A stretch of 64,000 nucleotides of DNA from Actinomycetota bacterium (GTDB lineage Bacteria > Actinomycetota > Actinomycetes > S36-B12). The notes beneath the pieces are model-generated. The model searched no databases. It saw only the letters and a program-made list of their open reading frames with translations, and was not told the origin of the DNA. Numbering within the stretch: position 1 is the first letter of the stretch; every line of letters begins with the position of its first letter. Shown one piece after another: positions 21,160 through 28,832 of this stretch. The position numbers and the translations under genes were made by a program. Where the stretch lies: assembly GCA_030681835.1 (NCBI GenBank), contig JAUXRN010000193.1, positions 13,506-77,505 on the forward strand. Direction: 5' to 3'.

Positions 21160-21924
21160 GTGCCCGACTCCGACCCGCTGGCCGTGCTGGCGGCGCGCCC
21201 CGAGGTGGCGGCCGCGTCCGCGGCGGCCAGGGCCGAGGTCGACGCGCTGCTCTGGCGACGGGATGTGCGTGCGGCCGCGGCGGAAGTGGCGGTCGCGTCC
21301 GTCGACCGTGGTGGCCGCGACTCCGCCGCGATCGACGGGGCCGATGTCGTCGAACCAGACGACTCCCCGATGGGTCGCGTCCTGGGAGCGGCGCTGCGCC
21401 TGACGGCCGAGGTCCCGCGCCACGTGGACGTCTTCGCCACGGCGCCTCTGCAGGCGCTTGCCCACCTGCATGCGGTCGTGGCCCACGGCTTCCTGCCGGC
21501 CGACGAGCTGGGCCGGCCGCGGGCAGGGATGCAGGCCGACGACCCGCTGCACTTGGGCCCGCCGCCGTCCGCCACGGCCGCCGCCGAGCGGCTGATGGCG
21601 CTCGCGCAGGTGCTGACCCGTCCGACCGAGGCGCCCGCGACGGTGGTGGCCGCGGTGGCCCACGCCGAGCTGGCGTCGGCCCGGCCGTTCGCCTGGGGCT
21701 CGGGACTGCTCGGCCGTGCTTCGACGCGGCTGGTGCTGGCCGGCCGGGGCGTGGACCCGAGCCTGTTCAGCATCCCCGAGCACGGGATGCTCGAACAGGG
21801 CCGTCCGGCGTACGTATCCGCGCTGCGCGGCTACGCGACCGGGACGCCCGACGGGGTGTCGGCCTTCCTGGTCTGGCACGCCACGGCTGTGGCGCTCGGC
21901 GCGCGGGCGGCCACGGTCCCGTAG
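21160..21924 (+). CDS. Fic/Doc-like protein with degenerate motif
   Basis: AVAHAELASARPFAWGSGLLGRA resembles HPFxxGNGRxxR; conserved position after acs. Confidence 0.7.
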   Translation: MPDSDPLAVLAARPEVAAASAAARAEVDALLWRRDVRAAAAEVAVASVDRGGRDSAAIDGADVVEPDDSPMGRVLGAALRLTAEVPRHVDVFATAPLQALAHLHAVVAHGFLPADELGRPRAGMQADDPLHLGPPPSATAAAERLMALAQVLTRPTEAPATVVAAVAHAELASARPFAWGSGLLGRASTRLVLAGRGVDPSLFSIPEHGMLEQGRPAYVSALRGYATGTPDGVSAFLVWHATAVALGARAATVP

Positions 21925-21940
21925 CCGGCGCGGACGCCGT

Positions 21941-22002
21941 CCGCCGAGACCAGCACCTGGCGTCGGTCCCGCGCACCCGGAACGACTCCAACTGCTGGTG
22001 TC
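21941..22002. repeat. Left REP-like palindrome / terminal inverted repeat
   Basis: 62 nt; its reverse complement matches 22990-23051 at 50/62 positions without gaps; folds on itself (GAGACCAGCA...TGCTGGTGTC). Confidence 0.85.
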
Positions 22003-22077
22003 GATCCGGATGGCCCTGCGTCCACAGGGGCGACGTTGGGGCTCGCTGGCCTCGCCGACATGACCGAGGGTGCCGCC

Positions 22078-23004
22078 ATGCCGCGGTACGCCGACCCCGA
22101 TCCGGTCCGAACGCCCCTCCTGATCACCCGGGAATGGGCGCTCGCATCCGGGCTGACGAGGGACCAGATCCGGCAGCGGGTCAGGTCTGGCCGCTGGGAG
22201 GTCGTGGCCCGCGGGATGTACCGGCGCAGCCAGTGGCGGGAGTCGTGCGGGCTGGACGAGCATGCGCTGGCCCGCATCGAGCACGTGCACAAGGTGGCAG
22301 CCGCGGCTCACCGCAACCCGGAGTGTGTCGTCGGCTTCGATAGCGCTGCGTTGCTGCACGGGCTCCCTGTGGCATCGGGGATCCCTCCGTCAGTCACGCT
22401 CATCGCGCCCGACGGCGCGTGGACGGGTCGACGGCCCGGGATCGTGATGCGGCGGCTCACACTCGGCATGGACGATGTCCTAGAGGGTCCACCTCGAGTC
22501 ACCACCCCGGAACGGACCTGGCTCGACCTCGCTCGCGTGAGCCCCCTGGGCGTGGGCCTGGCCGCCGTGGACGCGGGCTTGCGCGATGGCATCCTCGACG
22601 GCAACGCAATGGTGGCCAGGCTCACCGCGCTCGGGACTGCCCGTGGCTGCCGGAAGGCCGCCGAGGCATTGCTGCACGCGAGCCTCCTGCGGGAAAGCGT
22701 CCTGGAGTCGTTGTCGTGGGCGTACTTCGTCGAGCGCAGCGTGCAGCTCCCCGAGATGCAAGTGAAGGTCCGGGACCAGGCGGGTCGGTTCGTCGCCCGC
22801 GTCGACTTCCTCTGGCGGGCGAGACGACTCGTGGGGGAATGCGACGGGCGGATGAAGTACCTATCGGCCGACGATCTCTACCGGGAGAAGCGACGCGAGG
22901 ACGCCCTGCGCGCGCTGGGATTCGGCGTCGTTAGGTGGGGGCTGGGCGACCTCGGCACCGGCACCCTGGCGAGCCGCCTTCCCCGCGCTGACACCAGTGG
23001 GTGA
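22078..23004 (+). CDS. AbiEi-like N-terminal domain fused to Vsr/DUF559-like PD-(D/E)XK nuclease domain (start could be 22060)
   Basis: TREWALASGLTRDQIRQRVRSGRWEVVARGMY; SAALLHGLP; VTTPERTWLDLAR; ESVLES; ARVDFLW...VGECDG...EKRREDALRALGFGVVRW. Confidence 0.8.
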   Translation: MPRYADPDPVRTPLLITREWALASGLTRDQIRQRVRSGRWEVVARGMYRRSQWRESCGLDEHALARIEHVHKVAAAAHRNPECVVGFDSAALLHGLPVASGIPPSVTLIAPDGAWTGRRPGIVMRRLTLGMDDVLEGPPRVTTPERTWLDLARVSPLGVGLAAVDAGLRDGILDGNAMVARLTALGTARGCRKAAEALLHASLLRESVLESLSWAYFVERSVQLPEMQVKVRDQAGRFVARVDFLWRARRLVGECDGRMKYLSADDLYREKRREDALRALGFGVVRWGLGDLGTGTLASRLPRADTSG

Positions 23005-23051
23005 CGTCAATCCCGGTCCTCGGGAGCGACGCCAGGTGCTGGTGTCGGCGG
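22990..23051. repeat. Right REP-like palindrome / terminal inverted repeat
   Basis: Inverted partner of 21941-22002; internal stems GACACCAG/CTGGTGTC and TCCCG/CGGGA; overlaps the stop codon of the enclosed gene. Confidence 0.85.
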
Positions 23052-23057
23052 CGAAGG

Positions 23058-23885
23058 TCAGGTGCGGGCGCCGCGGCGGCGCGCGTACCAGGTCAAGCCA
23101 AGCGCGACGGCGCCGATCGCCACCGCGCTGCCGGCCGCGACAGCTTGTCGACGATCGGCCTGCGCCTTCATCGCCGTCGGCTTGGCGAAGTCCATGATCG
23201 GCCAGTGCCGTTCGGTTGCGATGCGCCGCAACTCGGAATCGGGGTTGACGGCCACCGGATGACCGACCACCTCGAGCATCGGCAGGTCGGTGTGCGAGTC
23301 GCTGTACGAGTAGGACGCGGCGAGGTCGTACCCGCGCTCCTCGGCCAGCGAGCGCATGGCCTCGGCCTTGCCCTCCCCGTAGGCGTAGAACAGGATCTCG
23401 CCCGTGTACTGGCCGTCCTCGACGGCCACCTGCGTGCCGATGGCCAGGTCAGCCCCGAGCCTGGCCCCGATCGGCTCGACGATCTCGGTCCCGGATGACG
23501 AGATGATGATGACGTCCCGGCCGGCAGCCTGGTGGGACCGCATGAGCTCGACGGCCTCCTCGAAGACGATCGGGTCGACGATGTCGTCCAGGGTCTCCCC
23601 GACAATCGCCTGGACCTGGTCGACGTTCCAGCCGTTCACCAGCTCAGACATGTACACGCGCATGGATTCCATCTGGTCGTGGTCCGCCCCCGACATGAGG
23701 TAGACGAACTGCGCGTAGGCGCTGCGGATCACGTCACTGCGCCCGATGAGCCCCTCCTTGTAGAAGGACTTGGCGAACACGAACGAGCTCGACTTGGCCA
23801 GGATCGTCTTGTCGAGATCGAAGAACGCGGCCGCGCGCCCGTCGCTCTCCGGGTGCCCTTCGTTCGCCTGGCCCGCGTCGTTCAC
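23058..23885 (-). CDS. HAD-IB family hydrolase (Rv3661/SsgB-type)
   Basis: AFFDLDKT, YSDSHTDLPML, AVNPD; start GTG 23885 with TACCGT 6 nt upstream. Confidence 0.9.
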   Translation of the reverse strand: MNDAGQANEGHPESDGRAAAFFDLDKTILAKSSSFVFAKSFYKEGLIGRSDVIRSAYAQFVYLMSGADHDQMESMRVYMSELVNGWNVDQVQAIVGETLDDIVDPIVFEEAVELMRSHQAAGRDVIIISSSGTEIVEPIGARLGADLAIGTQVAVEDGQYTGEILFYAYGEGKAEAMRSLAEERGYDLAASYSYSDSHTDLPMLEVVGHPVAVNPDSELRRIATERHWPIMDFAKPTAMKAQADRRQAVAAGSAVAIGAVALGLTWYARRRGART

Positions 23886-24045
23886 ATGGACACGGTAACC
23901 GGCCGAGGTGACCGCATCGGGAAGCCGCGTCGGCATTCGCCATCCACAACGCAGCTCCCGGCGCACTGTCCACAGGAGTGCCGTGCACGGTTCCGCGGCA
24001 GGTAGCCCCACGCGACGCTGGGCCTCACCCTCATGTGGAGCGACG

Positions 24046-25086
24046 ATGAACCGTCCCTTGCTGATCAGCGACGACACCGACCTGGTCGACGACGTCCTGC
24101 GCCTGTCCTCGGCGCACGGGGTCGACCTGCACCTCGCACCCGACCCGGAGTCCGCCCGGGCCAGGTGGCCTGGGGCGCCGATGGTCCTCGTGGGGGCCGA
24201 CGCGGCGGATGCCGTGGTGGCGGCGCGGCTGGCCCGCCGGCGCGACGTCGTCCTGGTCACGCGCGGCGCGTCCGAGCAGGCCTGGCGTGATGCCGTGGCC
24301 CTGGGCGCCGAGCACGTGGCAGCGCTCCCGGAGGCAGAGCGTTGGCTGATCGACCGGCTGGCCGACTGCGACGAGGGGCCGCCCCGGGCCGGCCGCATCG
24401 TCGCCGTGCTCGGCAGCGGTGGAGGGGCAGGGGCGTCCACCTTCGCCGGGACACTCGGGGTCGTCGCCGCGTCCCGCGGTCTGCGCAGCCTGCTGGTCGA
24501 CGCCGATCCGACGGCCGGCGGACTCGATGTCCTCCTGGGCATCGAGGACGTGCCGGGCATCCGATGGCCCGACCTGCTGGAGTCCCGTGGCCGCATCGGG
24601 GCCGAGGCGCTTCGAGACGCCCTGCCGCAATGCCAGGGTGCGTCCGTGCTGTCCTGGGGCCGGCAGGGGCCGGCCAGCATGCCGGCCGCGTCAATCGACG
24701 CCGTGCTCGACGCCGGGTCCCGGGGATTCGACCTCGTCGTTGTCGACCTTGTCCGCCAGATCGACCCCACGGCCGAGTCGGTGCTGGCCCGAGCCCACGA
24801 GGCGGTCATCGTCGCGTCAGGTCACGTGCGCTCGCTGGCCGCGGCCGCCCGGCTGGCGGCGCTGGTCGGAGACCGGGCGGCATCGACGTCGGTCATCCTG
24901 CGCGGCGATGGCCGCCTCGACGACGCCATCCTCGGGGCGCTGGGAGCCCCTGTCCTGGCGCGCCTGCCCGGGCGACCGCGCGCTGCCGCCCACGCGGATG
25001 AGGGCGAGCCGCCGTCGGTGCGCGACGCCTACGCCAAGGCCTGCCTGGCGGTACTGCGCGCCCTGGCGCGGGAGGAGGCGGCATGA
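24046..25086 (+). CDS. ssd: Septum site-determining protein Ssd (CpaE-like)
   Basis: GSGGGAGASTFA, VDADPTAGGLD, GIRWPDL; first gene of the tad cluster. Confidence 0.88.
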   Translation: MNRPLLISDDTDLVDDVLRLSSAHGVDLHLAPDPESARARWPGAPMVLVGADAADAVVAARLARRRDVVLVTRGASEQAWRDAVALGAEHVAALPEAERWLIDRLADCDEGPPRAGRIVAVLGSGGGAGASTFAGTLGVVAASRGLRSLLVDADPTAGGLDVLLGIEDVPGIRWPDLLESRGRIGAEALRDALPQCQGASVLSWGRQGPASMPAASIDAVLDAGSRGFDLVVVDLVRQIDPTAESVLARAHEAVIVASGHVRSLAAAARLAALVGDRAASTSVILRGDGRLDDAILGALGAPVLARLPGRPRAAAHADEGEPPSVRDAYAKACLAVLRALAREEAA

Positions 25087-26231
25087 CCACGGCCCTCGTC
25101 GACCGGGTGCGGTCGCGGCTCGTCGCGCAGCGGGCGGACGCCACCCCGGGCCTCGTCGCCGCCGCCCTGCGCGCCGAGGGATTGGTCCTCGGTGACGATG
25201 CCGTCCTGTCCCTCGTGCGTGAGCTGCGGGACGACCTGGTGGGTGCCGGCCCACTCGAGCCGCTGCTGCGCGACGCAGCCGTCACCGACATCCTCGTGAA
25301 CGGGGCCAGTGACGTGTGGGTGGACCGGGGCCAGGGGCTGGAGCGTTCGGGCATCCGGTTCCCGGGGGAGACCGACGTGCAGCGGCTGGCCCAACGACTC
25401 GCTGCGCAGGTCGGCCGAAGGCTCGACCAGGCCAGCCCGTTCGTCGACGCCCGCCTGCCAAGCGGCGCGCGCCTGCACTGCGTCCTGCCGCCGATTGCCG
25501 TGGCGGGGACGACGATCTCGCTGCGCGTGCCACGCCGGCTGGCCTTCTCCATCGACGACCTCATTCACTGCGGCACGCTCGACGAGCAGGGGGCCACCGT
25601 CCTGCGCGCGATCGTCGCGGCCCGGCTCGGCTTCCTCATCTCGGGCGGTACCGGCACGGGCAAGACGACCGTCCTGTCGACGATGCTCGGCCTCGTCCCC
25701 GGCGACGAGCGGATCGTCATCGTCGAGGACTCCACGGAACTGATGCCCTGCCATGCGCACGCGGTGTCGCTGCAGTCACGGCTGCCGAACCTGGAGGGAG
25801 CGGGCACCGTCACCCTGCGCGACCTCGTCCGACAGGCACTGCGCATGCGCCCCGACCGTGTCGTGGTCGGGGAGGTTCGCGGTGCCGAGGTGGTCGACCT
25901 GCTCACCGCGATGAACACCGGCCACGAAGGCGGGTGCGGCACGGTGCACGCCAACTCGGCCGAGGACGTGCCCGCACGGCTCGAGGCCCTGGGACTGATG
26001 GCGGGACTCGACCGGCTGGCCGTGCACGCCCTGGTTGCGGCCGGCGTCGACGCTGTCGTGCACCTGGACCGCCCGGGCGGTGCGACGCGCCGGCTGGCTT
26101 CCGTCCACGTGCTCGAGCGCGGTGCCCAGGGACTGGTCCGCTGCGTTCCGGCACTCGTCCGTGCCGGTGACCGACTGGCCCGAGGGCACGGGCATGACCG
26201 GCTTGCCCAGCGCTTAGGCGCTCCGCCGTGA
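25083..26231 (+). CDS. tadA: TadA/CpaF secretion ATPase
   Basis: SGGTGTGKTT, ALRMRPDRVVVGEVRG, MNTGHEG. Confidence 0.94.
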   Translation: MTTALVDRVRSRLVAQRADATPGLVAAALRAEGLVLGDDAVLSLVRELRDDLVGAGPLEPLLRDAAVTDILVNGASDVWVDRGQGLERSGIRFPGETDVQRLAQRLAAQVGRRLDQASPFVDARLPSGARLHCVLPPIAVAGTTISLRVPRRLAFSIDDLIHCGTLDEQGATVLRAIVAARLGFLISGGTGTGKTTVLSTMLGLVPGDERIVIVEDSTELMPCHAHAVSLQSRLPNLEGAGTVTLRDLVRQALRMRPDRVVVGEVRGAEVVDLLTAMNTGHEGGCGTVHANSAEDVPARLEALGLMAGLDRLAVHALVAAGVDAVVHLDRPGGATRRLASVHVLERGAQGLVRCVPALVRAGDRLARGHGHDRLAQRLGAPP

Positions 26232-26241
26232 GGTCCCGGCC

Positions 26242-26940
26242 GTGATGCTGCTGGCGGGCTGCCTCCTCGTCGGACTTGCCGCGTGGCTCGCCGTGCCCCC
26301 GGCGGCCGCGGCGCGGCGCGCACGTGTCCTGTCCGTGCCGTCGAAGCCAGCGCGCCGGCACCGAGACCGCGTGCCGCGCGCGCTTCGGGTTGGCCCGGCC
26401 TCCCGTCGGCGGTCCGCGCGCGACCGAGCCAGGACGCTCCAGGCCCTCGGCGCCCTGGCCGCGGAGCTGGCCAGCGGGCAGCCGCCCTCGGCAGCGCTGG
26501 CCGCAGCGGCGGGGGAGCCGGCCGTCTGGCCGGCGGCGCTGGGGGCGTCGGCCTCGGGGCTCGACGTGGCCGCTGCCCTGCGCGAGGACAGCGCGGCCCG
26601 GCCGCCGCTCGCCTACCTCGCTGCGTGCTGGGAAGTGGCCGCCAGTACGGGCATCGGACTTGCCGTGGCGGTCGAGCGTCTCGCCGCGGCGACGCGCGCA
26701 GCGGAGGAGGTGCGCGTCGAGCTCGAGGGACAGCTGGCCGGCCCGCGTTCGACGGCGCGCATGCTGGGGCTGTTGCCCGCCGTCGGCTTGGGGCTGGGCA
26801 CCATGCTCGGGGCCGACGCCGTGGGCTGGCTGCTCGGCACCCCTGCGGGCTGGGCCTGCCTCGTGAGCGGCATCGCCCTGACGGTGCTGGGCCAGGCCTG
26901 GACCGGTCGCATCGCCGCCTCGGTCGAGCGGCTGCTGTGA
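26242..26940 (+). CDS. tadB: TadB-like type II secretion F-domain protein
   Basis: LAAELASG, LAGPRSTARMLGLLP; follows tadA. Confidence 0.82.
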   Translation: MMLLAGCLLVGLAAWLAVPPAAAARRARVLSVPSKPARRHRDRVPRALRVGPASRRRSARDRARTLQALGALAAELASGQPPSAALAAAAGEPAVWPAALGASASGLDVAAALREDSAARPPLAYLAACWEVAASTGIGLAVAVERLAAATRAAEEVRVELEGQLAGPRSTARMLGLLPAVGLGLGTMLGADAVGWLLGTPAGWACLVSGIALTVLGQAWTGRIAASVERLL

Positions 26941-27662
26941 TCCTGCTCGGTGCTGTCCTCGTCGGCGTCGCCGTCGCCCTGGCGTTCCCCGTGGCCTCGG
27001 GATCTCGGCTGGCGGTCATGTTCCCGGGGACGCAGCCAGCGCGGCCGGCCCGACGCCTCTCGCGGCCGGCGCTGGCGCGCCTGTCGGCAGCAGTGGCCGC
27101 CATCAGCGCCTTCCTGCTGCTCGGCGGACATGTCGGCATCGCTGCGGCCCTTGCCCTGTGGCTCGGGGTGCCGCGGCTGGCTGGCCGACTGGAGAGCCGG
27201 GCCAGTCGCGACCGCAAGGCCCGCCTCCTCGCGCAGGCACCGGTGCTGGCCGACCTGCTGGCGGCGACCCTGGCCAGCGGGGCCGCCGTCGACGCTGCGG
27301 TCGGCGCGGTCGCGGGGGCGGTGGGCGAGCCGGCCGCCGGCGCCCTGCGCCCAGTGACCGGGGCCTTGGCCCTCGGCGCCGACCCAGTCCGCGCGTGGTC
27401 AAGCCTCGCCGGGGACCCGGCTCTAGGCGCGGTCGCCGATGCCTTCGCGAGGTCGGCCGCAAGCGGCGCATCGCTCGCGTCCGTCCTTGCCCGGGTTGCC
27501 GACGACGCGCGCCGCGAGCATGCGGCGGCCGTGGAGGTAGCGGCACGATCGGCCGGCGTGCGGGCCGTGCTGCCGCTTGCGGCGTGCTTCCTGCCGGCCT
27601 TCCTGCTGCTCGGGGTCGTCCCGGTGGTGGCGGCACTCGCCACCGGCACCCTCACCGGATGA
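26937..27662 (+). CDS. tadC: TadC-like type II secretion F-domain protein
   Basis: DLLAATLASG, LALGADP, PLAACFLPAFLLLGVVP; GTG overlaps tadB stop. Confidence 0.82.
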   Translation: MILLGAVLVGVAVALAFPVASGSRLAVMFPGTQPARPARRLSRPALARLSAAVAAISAFLLLGGHVGIAAALALWLGVPRLAGRLESRASRDRKARLLAQAPVLADLLAATLASGAAVDAAVGAVAGAVGEPAAGALRPVTGALALGADPVRAWSSLAGDPALGAVADAFARSAASGASLASVLARVADDARREHAAAVEVAARSAGVRAVLPLAACFLPAFLLLGVVPVVAALATGTLTG

Positions 27663-27826
27663 CTGTTGCGGCGGCTTCCACAGCCCACGGTCCGACGGCC
27701 CCGCGCCCCCAGCCGCTCGACGGCCGCTGCCCCGATCGGCGCAGCAGCGCGACAGTCGCCGCACGGCGCTCGCGCCGGTGCCGAAGGTCGGCACGACCGC
27801 CGCGGCGGTCCACGAGAGGGGACACC

Positions 27827-28027
27827 ATGGGCAAGGAACTCGCGAAGCGTCAGGCGCTGGCGCGTCTGGCGAAGAAGGACGACGGGCTGTCGACGGCGGA
27901 GTACGCCGTGGGCACCGTCGCGGTGGCGGGGCTCGGCGGCCTGCTGATCAAGCTGCTCACCAGCCCCGAGGTCCGCGACCTCATCTGGAGCGTGCTGAGC
28001 AAGGCCTTCGCCGGCATGTTCGGATAG
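27827..28027 (+). CDS. DUF4244 Flp-like pilin
   Basis: DDG/LSTAEYAVGTVA prepilin motif; GAGAGGGG RBS. Confidence 0.88.
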   Translation: MGKELAKRQALARLAKKDDGLSTAEYAVGTVAVAGLGGLLIKLLTSPEVRDLIWSVLSKAFAGMFG

Positions 28028-28465
28028 ATGCGTGAACCTGGGCGCGGCGCCAGCACGGCGGTCCGCGCGCGGAGACGGGAGCAGGGACGGCACCACAGTG
28101 CCGTCCCTGCCCGGCAGCCGGGCCCCGGCGACCGGGGCAGCGTGCTCCTCGAGACCGTCCTCGCCATCCCCCTGCTGGTGATGGTGGCCGCAGCCCTCGG
28201 CTGGGCCGTGTCGCTCGGGGCGACGACGGCCGCCGTCGGCGACGTGGCCCGCAATGCTGCACGCTCCATCGCGCGGGGGGATTCGGTCGAGGTGGCCATC
28301 GCAGCAGCGCTCGACGGCGACCTCGCTTTCGTGATCACTGTCGCCGAGTCGGAGCACGCCGTCGAGGTGGCGGTCGAGAAGGCCGTCGCCCCGCCCCTGC
28401 CCTTGTTCGCGGGCCTGGCCATCACGGTGAGCCAGCGGGCCACCGTCCTGCGCGAATGGCCATGA
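28028..28465 (+). CDS. TadE-family minor pilin (true start probably downstream)
   Basis: DRGSVLLETVLAIPLL, AARSIARG. Confidence 0.78.
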   Translation: MREPGRGASTAVRARRREQGRHHSAVPARQPGPGDRGSVLLETVLAIPLLVMVAAALGWAVSLGATTAAVGDVARNAARSIARGDSVEVAIAAALDGDLAFVITVAESEHAVEVAVEKAVAPPLPLFAGLAITVSQRATVLREWP

Positions 28466-28475
28466 GGCGGGTTCG

Positions 28476-28832
28476 GTGAGGGCGTCGGACGACGGTGCCG
28501 CGACGATCTGGGCGGTGGCCCTGCTCGCGGTCTTAGGCCTGGTCGCCACGGCCTCGGGCGGGGTCGCTTCCCTCGCGGTCGCACGCCAGCGGGTGGCCCT
28601 TGCCGCCGACCTCGCCGCCCTTGCTGCGGCAACGTCGTGGTCCGATGCGTGCACCGCGGCCGCGCGATCTGCCGAGGCCAACGGTGCGTTGCTGCTCTCG
28701 TGTGCCCGCGACGGCCCAGACGTGCTGGTCGCGGTTGCCGCCCCTGTGCCACCCCTGGCCGGCCAGGTGTTCACGATGCTCGGACACCCCGTCGAGCAGG
28801 TCACCGCGAGCGCGCGGGCAGGGCCCTCCTAG
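28476..28832 (+). CDS. Rv3654c-family TadE-like protein
   Basis: DDGAATIW, AADLAALAAA, Cys pair, ARAGP C-terminus. Confidence 0.8.
   Translation: MRASDDGAATIWAVALLAVLGLVATASGGVASLAVARQRVALAADLAALAAATSWSDACTAAARSAEANGALLLSCARDGPDVLVAVAAPVPPLAGQVFTMLGHPVEQVTASARAGPS

Noticed and set aside
22078-23004. Type IV toxin-antitoxin (AbiE) system
   Set aside because: No AbiEii nucleotidyltransferase toxin is adjacent; the gene stands alone between palindromes
25565-28804. 1079-aa minus-strand ORF
   Set aside because: Shadow of the tad cluster; Arg/Ala/Pro-rich with no motifs
24046-28832. tad cluster as a conjugation system of the island
   Set aside because: It is the conserved chromosomal ssd-tad locus, about 18 kb from the integration site
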